64,000 nucleotides of DNA, from contig JAYWIR010000011.1 of NCBI GenBank assembly GCA_036172245.1, positions 992,001 to 1,056,000 on the forward strand, written 5' to 3'. Origin of the DNA: Raillietiella orientalis (lineage: Eukaryota). The notes beneath the pieces were generated by a model. The model worked only from the letters and a program-made list of their open reading frames with translations. It had not been told where the DNA came from and made no database searches. Positions within the stretch are counted from its first letter, which is position 1. Each line of letters opens with the position of its first letter. The position numbers and the translations under genes are program-made. Positions 51,673 through 63,357 of this stretch are shown in pieces.

Positions 51673-52329
51673 TAACTTGTATCCGCGTGCGCACCCACCT
51701 AGGAAGCAGAGACTCCTTCCGGTCGAGTGTGGATGAATACAGGAATGTCACAGAGCCGCTAGAAAAGAGTCAATCTAGCGTTCACATTCCGCCTGTCTCC
51801 GTCAGCTTACAGCAGACTTCAGACGACCGAGCAATCCAAGCGCAGGGAACGTTGAAGAGCTCTTTCCTTGAGCCTGCTCTTGAGCCTCCCGAGCCCTCAG
51901 CAAACCTCTGTGCTCATTGATGACAGCTCGTTTCCGAAGCGCCTTTTCGCTAGGAGCACAAAACATCCAAGTATCTATGTCAAAGAAAATGCTTCCTCGT
52001 CATGGAGGAACAATACCTGTCGCGAGCAAAGACTGCCGTTGCGATTTCACTTGTCCTTCTAAGGCCACATTGGAATCCCTGACACAAAAAAACACGACGT
52101 CTTCTGTCACGAAGCCATGTGTTTCTCAGAGCCGCATTACTGCTGGGACATAAAAAGGGAACAAGAAAATGAAAACGAAAAAAAAAAAAAACCCCCCACG
52201 GAATTTCCTGCATCGAGGTCGACAGGGAATGTGAAAATAAAATGACTCACCTTTGTGACTCCAACGCAATAAAGTCTCTTTGTCCCTTTGCTGAGTAGTT
52301 TTTTCTTTCCCTTGAGTCTCTTTAGCAGG

Positions 52330-52950
52330 TTCCTGCAACGCAGTCAGACGAACGAGACGTCTGTGACCATTCCTTCCGATGTTCTCCACTGATGTGAAGC
52401 ATCCCGCAGCATACTGAATGGATCTGAATCCTTGACTTGAAAATCTGTGTGCTTACTCTCCTCTTCAACACAGCACCTCTGGAGCCAAGGATCAGTGGAG
52501 ACCTGCCGCGTTTCAAGATTAACTGAAGCTAGGAGAAGATGAAAAGAATCTTCCAAAGACTCCGTGATCTGCTCCGGTAAGATCTCATCTTTAGATTTGG
52601 CAATTAGTACAGATGCTTTCCTCATATGAACATGCTGTACACATCACTTAGTCAGGACCAGTTACCATCATCCCTCGAAGATTCTTTAGATGCTGGTCTT
52701 TCTTCACCTGCGGATGCCGTTTCCTAGAAGTCCCCCAGTTCAGATTGCAACCAGCACGCGAGCAATCTCTCCATGATGAAAACGTCTGTCCTCGCAGCAT
52801 ACGTCTGATATCTTCACAACGATACAGAAGATGCTATAAATTACCTTCGTGTCTTTGGGATACCTGGAATGCAGCTGACGTTCCAAGCTTTTTATGTACG
52901 ATGCGCAAGTCGATTCCACTGGTACCCTGACGTATCATGTATCATGCATT
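52330..52950 (-). mobile_element. Decayed non-LTR RT remnant (RTE/CR1-like)
   Basis: In order: IDLRIVHKKL (resembles IDLxKAFDxV), NGIRR (resembles GIRQG), ASVLIAKSKDEI (resembles DDxVLIAxSxxEL). Confidence 0.3.
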
Positions 52951-53519
52951 TAAGAACCAACTGAGAGTAGTTTCCTTCTTGAAAATCTTTCACCCCATAC
53001 GTGGATTCCAGGGTCATCTGCTACGCGATCCCATATCCAGGCGCACCACTACAAGAACGTTGTGCCCAATAGCATTCCAGAGCTGGATTGCTGTGTGGTG
53101 ACCTTAGAGATTTGCAGCACTCCTGCCCTTGTCTTTCCCCTGTGGGAAATCTGCTTCCTGAACAGTTTTGGGCGCGAAAGTCTCCTATCCTTTGTCTTTT
53201 TCCTGCGCTTTAGAAAGCCCATTGCGAGTGTCAGCTGCCACTCTCTAGGAAGGAAAAAAATTGGCTTTTCGGTGGTATGTCTTTCTTCTTTCTCTTTTTT
53301 GTCATGAAGTCAGCAAGCTTTCTTACCTGGAAACCGCTGCTATTTCTCCAGAGTCTATTTTACGAGAGACGTTTGCGATCACCACCATTCCCTTTTGAAT
53401 CTTTCCCAGTTCCCGTTTCATCCCTAAGAAACAAAAGGAGGCTGTTGCGAAGATGAGCAGGTGCGTGTCACGGGCTAACACGTTTGCGGGAGGTTAACAT
53501 GAGAACTTCTGCTCGCATG

Positions 53520-53670
53520 TAGATGGTCCACGCTATGGAGCACAGGAGCAAATGGCAGATGCATGTTGGGTTCCTGCCCAACATGCATCTGCCATATCCC
53601 ATATGAACTTCAAGAGAACTTCAAGAGAACTTCAAGAGAACTTGAAGTTCATATGGAAGGTGGACATCTA
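53520..53670. repeat. Two adjacent perfect hairpins inside an outer imperfect stem
   Basis: 19-bp arms 53552-53570/53577-53595; 16-bp arms 53599-53614/53641-53656 overlapping (GAACTTCAAGA)x3; outer arms 53520-53531/53660-53670. Confidence 0.92.
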
Positions 53671-54548
53671 GAGTTGGGTTTTCTTGTCCCCTCATGTCTT
53701 GCAGGCTTCATTCTGGTCATTCCTCATTCGGGAGCGAAGCCGCGCATCATACCACAGATCTCTGCGATGAAGCAGCAGGATTTCATTCTGAATTTCCGGT
53801 GTTAGTCCCGACTTCCAGGCCTCTGTGCCGATTCGGGCCTGTGAGGAACGGGTAGGCTGCCTCAGTGAGGGCTTCTTCCATCGTGTTCCGCCGCCGGATG
53901 CATTCCTTTCTGTTGAGTTCCCATATTACGCATCACTCTTTCCCCCGTTCCCACCGAAGCTCCCGCGTTTTGTCGGTTGCCCTTACGCGAATTTCGCTGA
54001 TGGACTGGAACAGTTGCATCTTCTGCCAGTGTCCACTTGTAGAAAAGTGTTCCCAGCGCCTGGTACTGAGTTGTAACTTTTGTTGAATCCAACAAATAAC
54101 TTTTGTTAACGGAACAGTAACTTTTGTTGTTGTTCCGTTTCCAAATGGGAAGGAAGCGAGGATCATCAAAGTCTGTTCTTGTGCCGAAGCTCTTTGTTTT
54201 GAGGAGCAGCCAGCAGCGGGTTGATGTTTACTGAATTTTTGCTTGGCCAAGCGGGATCCAGGTTTGTCCACTGGGTCATCCCCGCTTCCAAGGCCGTCGC
54301 CAAGCCACTGGAGCTATTCGTTAATTTGGAACGTGTTCTGTGAGCAGACCCACTCTTTTTTTTTTTTTTGACCCACTCTTCTGTGGGGATTTAGGAACCT
54401 CCGAACTTCCATGGTCTGGATCACTCATTCCATCGGTTTCGTCCCCGTGTCATTTCCCTTCCTGGGACGACGCAAATTCTTCAGTTAAACCCAGAGATCT
54501 GTATATCGTTCACAGAAAATTCTTTCGGACCCTCGTCATTTCTTTTTT

Positions 54549-55260
54549 TCACTCCCAGCTTTTCCTCTCGTCGCCTAGGAGAATCTCGGGGAGCAGCACG
54601 CCTTCCCAAGATTGGTTCCACGTGTTGCTCTCCCATTTGAATCTAAAGTCTGACTGGTTGCATCTGGCTACTTTTACTCTCATCTTCCCCATGATTTCCT
54701 CTCTCTGGATATCCATAGACGAGGTATCTCCCATGAGAACACCCAGGTAGTTGAGTGCATCCACCGCTCAGAATCCCCCCACCGTCGTGTTAGTGAAGTC
54801 GAGGATTCCTCCGGGGACGATAATTCTGATTCCCTGAGAGCCGATTATGAGGTTCAGCTCGGTCTTCATCGTCAAGAACGTACCTTTCTCACCTTCCAGG
54901 AAGAGAAGAAGGTCGTCTGACGTGTGCCAGATGGGACAGTGATGCCAATCCATGAGGATGTCTTTTTTTTCTTTTTTCTTTTTTTTGAGGGGAGGGGAAG
55001 GGGGGCTGCCTTGATGAATCATCAAGGACACCTCCTCCATGCAGATCACGAAGAGCCTCAGGGCTCCTCCTTGACGGATGCCTCTTTCCATCCAAATTGC
55101 CTTGTTTGCTCGTCCATTGATGGCATTGTAGGAGCTTCCTTCCCGCATTGGATGGATGACTGGGGCTTCCGCGAATGGTTGGCCCAGATCTTAGCTATCC
55201 ACTTAGCGTCCGTGTTCAGGAGAGAGATTGGCCGCCAGTGATTGATCTTGGCTCAGGTTT
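54549..55260 (-). mobile_element. L1/Tx1-clade non-LTR retrotransposon RT remnant, internally deleted
   Basis: WRPISLLNTDAK (55202-55237) then WIAKIWAN; INGRANKAIWMERGIRQGGALRLFVICMEEVS; HTSDDLLLF; LNYLGVLM. The LDxxKAFD segment is missing; frameshifts. May extend further on both sides. Confidence 0.85.
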
Positions 55261-57519
55261 CCTCCCTTAGTCAACGGTCTTTAGCTTCTGTGGAACGACT
55301 CTTCTTCCTCCATTTCGTGGAACAGCCGTACCTAGGGGTGCAGGTGTCACTGAGGGTGAGAGATGGGCACGTTATCAGACCACGCTACCACATCCTGCAA
55401 AACCCATTTTGATCTCTTCGATGGAAACGTTTTCGTTCATCCCTTCCCTGCTGACGTTGGTTGATTTTAAGAAGCGAGTGCAGGATACGCCCTTGCTCTG
55501 TCTGGTTGCGTTGTTTCCGCCGGGACTGTTCGATCTAGTGATGCTTGAAGTCAGCGCTTCATCCGTCGAGCTGCGAACACGATCTCCGGTCTTGATGCGT
55601 AAACTTCGGATGCGATGGCCTTCCTCTCTAGTGTTCCAAGTTCTCCTCTGGCATAGGTAATCACGCGGCTTCTCTCATGCTGGTCTCAGGACTCCCAAAA
55701 AGGACGGTCTTGGACGTTTAGCTTCCAGTGCACCTCATCTTCCTGCGTTTGGATTGCTTCTCGCAAAGAGGCGCGGTGTGTGTGTTTCGGCATACCCCAG
55801 TCGTCAATAAGCCGAGGATCGTTATGTTCCTCGATACTGTCCCATGACTTCCTGATGACTGGAATGCGTTTCGAACCAGACGAACGTGCTGGCGAGTGCT
55901 GCCCTCCTCCCGTCTTCCCTCTGGTAGTTCTCCGTCTTCATGGTGAATTGCAGCAGGCCCTTTTCCCAGCCAAGAATCGACTGAGAGCAGGATCTACGTC
56001 TTCTAGAGTCCCTGCAGGCGGTTTTCACTGTGTGCCCTGTAGAGTTCGTGGTTGATCTGCTTGTGGCTTGCTGTGAGCGATCTGAGTCTGAACTTCTCAG
56101 ACAGTCGCCGAGATTCTCTGGTTCCCCGGGTGTCTCTAAATGCTCGGACTGTGTGCTGAAGGACCAAATCACCTGCGACGTCCTTTGATGCGGTGCTGCT
56201 TCGCGGAATCTCCACACCTCATCCTTTCTTTTGATGCGGCCCACACACGCTCACGAGAAACAGGTGAACGCTTCCAGACCGAGACATCCTGACCCCAGTT
56301 GCGAGGTCCTTCCAAGCTGAACGTCCCGGGAAAGTGTGTGTGCTACAACTCGTTCTCCACGAGGATCGCGTCGCCTTCGCCTGCCGTCACTCACGAAGAG
56401 TTCAGTCTGCTTTGGAGCCCGGTGTTCGGGCCATGTCATGAGTTTCCTCGAGGCAGACGATGTAACCATGCCGAAAGGCCTTCATAATCGCTTCTTCTGT
56501 ACCGAGCACCCTTTATCTTCCATCAAGCAAGGTTGACTCCCTTGGGCGTCAACAGGAGGAAGACTATCGCGTTTTGTTTGGCAATGCTGTCCCTCTTTGC
56601 GCGCTTCTCATTCATGGAAGTTGTTGGGGCATTCCTCGTTCGGATAGTTGACCACTTTATTTCATGTCCGATCTTGCAGGGTCAGTAGTGCCAGCGCTAT
56701 ACCGGCGAGTTTGATGCACCTTCCTAAGTCGGTCCTTACTTTGAAGCAAGTCACGTTGGCATAGTTCCGCGACCTGTTCGCCAAGCAGGGCGCCATTTCA
56801 GAAAGGTTGCCCCTCTCTCTACTGAAGTGCTGCTCTGGCATATCCTTCGTTGCATTCCTTAGGTCTCCTGCTCACACTCCTGCGATTGTCCCCAAGCAAC
56901 ATGCCGATTGCGCTTGCGCTTCTGGCTTTGCTTGCCGTTACTCTTCCCTCGTTCGCTTCCACGCCTTGGGAACTTCCGCACCTGAGACCAGCGGGTCCTT
57001 CGGTGCAGATTCCGTCTTCTCGGCGGGATTCTCGGTCGTCGCAATCTGGGGAGATTTCCGATCAACCCAGAACCTCGCACCGCTGCGCATGCTTCCTACA
57101 GCCGTGCCCGTTGTGCCCGACCCCCCTCGCGGTGGCGGAAGTTCCTCCTCCATTCCTCATTTGAAGCAGCATTTCGTCCTGGTGCATGCAGCTGTGTCAT
57201 GGCCGAACTGCTTGCGGCGCGTGAAAAAAGTGGATGGCCGACGGGAACGGACTGTCACTCCCTGCGAATTCGGCACTCGATTCCCGGATTGACCACATCC
57301 TCATCCGGCTTAGCCCTCGAAAGCTCCTTCCCCCTTCCCCCAATTCCTCTCTCCGGAGAAAATCTTCCTGGAAAGACTGTCAAGCTGTAGCCTCTTTATC
57401 GCTACGTACTGGGCAAAGTGTTTTCATTGCTTTGATTTACAATTTCATAACATGTTACAAGGGGGGGCTGTTGACATTCTTTCGAAAAGATCCAGACACC
57501 GAAAGGACCCAGAGAGATT

Positions 57520-58570
57520 GATACAGAGGTGAGAAAAGGAAGAGAATCCCTTGTATTGCCTTATCAGAGGCGTACAAATGCTTGGGAGAAGCCTTTGGGA
57601 TTAAAGGATTCAACTCATGTCCATCGAAGGAGGAAATTTGCCAGAAGGCGAGTGCCATCTTAGATAGTGGACTATCCAGGTGGCAGAAAATGAGTGCCAT
57701 GAAGACCTTCTTCCCCAGCCTAGTTCACTACGAGAGGTTGGCAGCCACCGAAAGGAAGAATAGCAATACATAGACGAAGAAGTCAGATGGAGAGTCAAGG
57801 AAACTTTGCATCTCCCGTCCTTGACAGCCAAAGAATACCTGCACGGAGAAAGAAGCAAAGGCTGCCTGGCACTGATGAAGCTGGCCAATGAATTGGACAT
57901 GTTTTGCTGCTTCAAGTTACTCACCTCTCTGAACAACTCATTGAAGAGGATGGCTCAAGAGCCACTGAACGAGTTGGTCCAAAAGAGAATTCTCGAAATG
58001 CCAGCAGATTAGGACCTCGAAGAGTTCGTGACGGGCACTTTCTCCAGAGAATTCTCACAACGTGGCAGGGACGTCGAGAACCTTTGGTCAAAAGGAAGGA
58101 GGGCCTCAAGAAAAGAATAAAAGTCCTATGGAAATTTGCTGACGGAGAGCTCACTATAACGGTCGACGGCGTCATCTTCAGCAGCACCATGAGGAGGAAG
58201 ATTACCTCAAGCGTGAGCGTACTGCAAATGGAACCCTGGCATGGCAATCCCTGGTCCAGAAACACATCAGACAAGGGAAAGTCACACAGTGTGTGGACAT
58301 GCATCACACTTCAAGCTTCTTCCTCACCAATGGTGATTACCTAAGATTCCAGGACTATGGATCCATCCATGCAACTAGACTAAACGTCCTACCAGGCAAG
58401 GCTGGGCCCAGGATGAAACCAAAAGGGCGCGCATGCCGGCGCTGTCGGACAGAAGACGAAACGATGTCTCGCATATTGAATAGATGCAGGAGACATACTC
58501 ATCTGTCCATTGCGCGACATGACGCGATTCAAGAGATGATCATCAAGGTCGCAGTGGATGGGGCGAAGTG
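57520..58570 (+). mobile_element. NeSL/Utopia-like (restriction-like-endonuclease class) non-LTR retrotransposon fragment
   Basis: YKCLG..GF...SGLSRWQKMSAMKTF; LHLPSLTAKEYLHG..KGCL...FKLLTS...LVQKRI; FLTNGDYLRFQDYGSIHATRLNVLP...CRRCRTEDETMSRILNRC..H...RHDAI (C-terminal zinc knuckle plus RHD). Frameshifted and truncated at both ends. Confidence 0.8.
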
Positions 58571-59802
58571 GACCCTAGTGTCCACTTCTCCCCACATGTC
58601 CCCTTCACTACCGGCAGGAGAAGGAGGGAAAGGATAATAAATAAAGTAAAAAAGAAAAAAAGGAAAGGAAGTAACAGGGGTCTTTAGTTCCAGCTACTCC
58701 TTTCTTTCTAGAGCTGGCACTGGATGCTGGAGATCTCCGTGTCGAATTCTTCTTGCAGGTGATACCATCTCGTAGCCGTTCGCATGCAGGAAGGTGTTAG
58801 TCTTATGGCCTCCCTTTGCAGCGCTCGAAACTCCAGCCCGTAGCGGGCTACGACGGTGGTGTGGATGCAAAGTCCCGTTGCGACCACGGCGACTGCCGCC
58901 AGCCCGTCTCGCTCGAAAACTCTCCGCAGCAAGAGCAAAGCGGTGTTCTCCGGATTTGTGGAGCTCTTCCAGAGATTCCCGGGGGAGCCGCAGTCAGTCA
59001 AGAGGTGCAGGAACGATTCGGTCGCCCCGCACCTGGGTTGAGGGCGCAACTCCCACGGAAACCAGGTGCCTACGCTGATTGCACCTAAATCCGAAATTCC
59101 CACCGCAGAGGGAGCACGGAGGCGTTTTCACTCAGGGAAGGGAAGGGATCGCAAGTTCTTTGGGGGACACGCCAAGCAGGTCGCTCCATCGAAGCAGTCC
59201 CTTTGCCCAGAGACGAGGAGCGGTGGTGGCGTCCACCAACTCTCTCGTCTTGCAGCTCTGCACTTCTGTAGTGTCACAGAACTCCCACCCGCCGGTTAGC
59301 TACTGCCATGGTTTGCCCTGAAGGCAAAATGGTGCTCTCAACGGAACTGATAATCGTATTCTACGACATTGCTGTTCCTCAGCAACAGTCTACCAACGTA
59401 TACCTGCTCCCGTAGTATGCTGGCAATCACCCATGTCATGAACTCCTCGCTTGCTGCATCTGAAACCTCTTCTTTGCTCCTAGGAGCGGCCGTGAGCTCT
59501 CATCAGCTTGGCCAGCAAGACGACAAGCCAACACAGCTGCATGCATCATCCAGTAGGATCAGGAGGCTTCCGTTCAGATTCATCTCAAGAGAAGGAGCGC
59601 GCAAACAAGGGAACGGTGAGATTTCCGTCGTGCCCCTGGGTGCTCTGAAACGCAAAACTGTGCTCTCCTCCCAGCCTTTTTTGGTGAGGGGGGGCATCGT
59701 TAAGTGCTGAAGAACCGTTTGCCTGCTCTTCAACCCTGTAAATGCTACCCGAGGACTCGTGTCAACTCTTCAAATCATGGGGGCTGACTCCGGAAGGACA
59801 AG

Positions 59803-60140
59803 CCTATGAATCCAGGAAGGTTTCGGAGGACGATGTCCGTTTCTCTAGCGCTTGGAAGGGGACCCTTGCCCTGGTTACTTCCGAAGGGAAACTCTTCCTT
59901 ATTCTCTCCGCAGGAAACCCCGGAAAGGATCCTCTCCTTGTTTGCTCTTCGGAAGAGAACCTCCGAAGGGAACCGGCTCCTTGATTCCTGGAAGGGTCAG
60001 TTTCTCATCGCGGTCAGTCAACGGGACCATCCGGTTTCCGGACTCCACCAGCATCGCACCCGAATACGGGCCAGCCAGCGCGTCATCCTGAGGAAGGAAT
60101 TCGAAACCCACGACACAGCCACTGTTCTCGGCGTCGATCG
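59803..60140 (-). mobile_element. SINE-like element, diverged and internally deleted copy E
   Basis: CCTATGAATCCAGGAAGG, CTCCTTGATTCCTGGAAGG, TTCGAAACCCACGAC and TCTCGGCGTC shared with the other copies. Confidence 0.7.
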
Positions 60141-60149
60141 TTTGAAATG

Positions 60150-60922
60150 GATGATGAGAATTCTTTGGGGTTCTTTTGGATCTTCGTTGTTTTTCCTTGC
60201 AGCTTTTTGGGGGGGTTCTAGGTACCTCAGGAATCACTGGGCGCCTGGCAGTTCACGCTGCTCTTTGATGCTGTTCCACGCCACTCGAGGGTGCACGCAG
60301 CTCTTCAAGATAGAAGATACTCCGGGATGGAGCCACCCTATGAATCCAGGAGAAGGGAGTCCCGTTCCTTTCACGCCTGTGGAGTGATCCCCGAAAGGAA
60401 CCTCCGCCTTCGTTGTCTCCGAAGGGCATCTCCTTCCTCATCCTCTCCGGAGGGATCCCCGTAGGGATCCGCTCCATTTTTTCTTCTCCGAAGGGAACTT
60501 CTCCTGTTTGCTCCTCTGAGAACCCCGAACGGACCCTCTAACGACATTTCTCATAAGGGCGCTCCCCGAAAGGAGCGGCACGCTTCTCTGCACTCTGGAG
60601 AAGTACCACACCTACTCCATAGAACGAGATGGAGGGTCCTTTCCGAAAGGGGGGTCTGCTCCTTTGCGCAACCGAAGGGGAAATGCCGACTCCTTGATTC
60701 TGTTTCCTGGAAGGACTCGGTGGGCGCTTCCCAATCCCGGCCGCTCATTGGGAGCATTCGGTTTCAACCGCTACCGGTGCGGCTCCCGAATAGAGGCCAG
60801 CCAGCGTTATCTCGCGGGAGGAACTCGAACCCACGACGCACCCCCATCTCTCGGCGTCCATTCTTGTCGAGTATTCGAACACGCGACACTTGGTGGTGTT
60901 ACGAGTGGGAGATCGTAACCAC
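60150..60922 (-). mobile_element. SINE-like element, copy B
   Basis: Core near-identical to copy A; 60226-60313 identical to 63175-63262; B-box-like GGTTCGAGTTCC on the minus strand. Confidence 0.8.
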
Positions 60923-63125
60923 ACTGAATTGTTTTGGTTGTACTCTCTGACTCGACATAAACCTACTCAATCGAATGTCGATAAAACACCGAGCATTTGA
61001 GGAAATTCCAACTCAGGGAAGTGGTTTTGGAAGGAGCAATCCTCCCGTTTCGTCCGCAGCACTGGCGAACGCTCTTCACTCGAAAGCCTCGTCTTGTGGA
61101 TGGTTATAAACTGGTATCGGTCCACTGCTTCCGATGATTCTGGAAATGCCTAGCCACTACCTGGAGCGTGGATATCTATGGAAGGCACTCTGACAGTCGC
61201 TTTCTGTTTGTGGCCATTGATTCTCTTGGTGTTCTTTCTCTACAGGACATTCCTTTCGCTCGCCCGCCCCGTAAACGTTTTATTGAAGTGCTCGTTTATT
61301 GCCACGACACGCGTTTTGGTGCTAGCTACTCCGACGCGCGTGGCTGAGGACAGGAGACTCCAGGGGGCAAATGTGAAGCGCTGGGCTGCAAGCTGAGGTA
61401 GGATGAAGAGAACTCTCTGGGACGAATGCGCTTCCGGTGGAATGGGCTTTCGGGGTGGCTGGTCCTACGAAGCCCATGGCGGATGCAATGCCCTTTGTCT
61501 CCGTGGCATCGACATCCTCAGTTTCCAAGCTTTTTGCTCCGCCATTGGCCACAAGAGATCTTACACACGCTTCCACAATGAGAACCCACTTTTACACGGT
61601 TACTGAACCCTTTCCTTCCTTTCTCAATAAAGGCCTTGGGCCGTCCGTGTGTGAGGAACTCTCTGCGGAATCCACTGTCATCCACAGAGGGAGATCCCAT
61701 CGTGTGATGATCCCGGCAGGGTAAAGAGAAGGATGGCAGTCTGTCCCGCGAAACCATGCCTTTCAGAAGACAACCAGATCTCTGGAAATAAAAAAAAGCA
61801 TTTTATTCAAACTGTTCGATTGGTACTCACATCTTCTATTCGTCAGTCGGAAACGAGCGAGGCTCCATCGTTCGTTCGATCTTCCCAACTTCGTGTCTCG
61901 AGATAAGACAACGCATCCGCACGACCCGTTGTGATGGCTATGTGGCTTCTCTTGCCCGTGGTACCAAGCGTTGAGGATTCGAATACCCGTGAAGCAGTGC
62001 TTCCCAAAGTGGGCGATACCGCCCCCTGGTGGGCTCTGGAACGATTCAGGTGGGGGCGATAGTAGTCTCAACTAGGGGACGTTGAATAAAAATGGGGGAG
62101 GGGGACGGTGAAAGAATAAAGAAAAAGGAGATGAGAAAATTTTTAAAAAAAACGTTCGTGTAAGTTTCATTTGTTGTGTACCGTGGGAAGTCGTAGCTAG
62201 GTTAGGTACTTTGTTTCCCAAATAAACACACAAAATGCAAGTTGTAATCGATCCGCGGTCAAGTCTGCCGACGGGTCTCATCAAGCAAGTGTCTGCAGAC
62301 GAGCGTGTCACGCATTTTTTGTGTACAATTCGACGCTATTCATAGGCGAAATTATGAAATCAAATTCAGATTGCTTCTGTACTGTGTGAGAAGCAGTTAA
62401 AAAGAGTGCAAACGCATTAGTTTTTAAAATAGATCTAATAAAAACGCGAGTTACACGTGAGTATATAATATGTACTCACGTCGTAGATAGAAATATAGAT
62501 ACATAAAATAACGCAAATTTGTCACTGCATCTTTCTGTTTGTTCATTTGGAAAAGGTACATTTTCGGGGGTGGTGCTGAGTAATTTTCTATCTGAAAAAG
62601 GGGCGGTAGGCCAAATAATTTTGGCAACCTGTGCCGTAAAGGATCGACCCAGAGCAATATCGATGCCTGCGATTCTCAGACTACGCTCTCTGCTCGTCGC
62701 GGGACATCACGGACTGTCCATGGAAGACCCCTCGGGCACGGAACACCCCACTTGCAGCCACGCTCAGCACAATCCAACAAAGTGGAAATACCCATGGCCC
62801 TGCGACATGGGAAGTATCCTGAGAGATCGCAGGAAAAAAGAGAAACAGCTAGGATGCTGGATGGCACGTCAACTGGCTGATGCATGCACGCACCCGCCGC
62901 CCTCCCCAAATGAATTCTTCGCTTTGTGGAACTCCTGAACAATCCTCCTGGAGAGGCAGGAATACCCCCAGTGTTTGTGAACAGCTCCAGGCTTCCCCTA
63001 AAGTAGCAGGTCTCGGCATTGCAGTTATTGCAATGGACGATCCCATGCAACGCACGAGTCCATCACTAGACAAGAGAGAGTGCAGCCCCACTTGCGAAGA
63101 ACGGAAAACCCTTCCGCATTTGCCT

Positions 63126-63357
63126 TGGATCTTCGTTGTTTTTCGTTCAGGCTTTTTTCGGGGGTTCTAGATATCTCAGGAATCACTGGGCGCCTGGCAG
63201 TTCACGCTGCTCTTTGATGCTGTTCCACGCCACTCGAGGGTGCACGCAGCTCTTCAAGATAGGAGGTACCCCAGGAGGGAACCACCCTATGAATCCAGGA
63301 GAAGAGAGTCCTGTTCCTCTCACGCCTGGGGAGTGATCCTTGAAGGGAACCTCCGCC
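63126..63357 (-). mobile_element. SINE-like element, 5'-truncated copy C
   Basis: Aligns to about 60176-60408, including an 88-bp identical block. Confidence 0.8.

Noticed and set aside
53605..53643. CRISPR-like array
   Set aside because: Contiguous 11-bp units with no spacers, no cas genes, eukaryotic context
62455..62490. Helitron 3' end
   Set aside because: A short hairpin is present but is followed by CGTAG rather than CTRR, and no 5' TC end or second copy was identified
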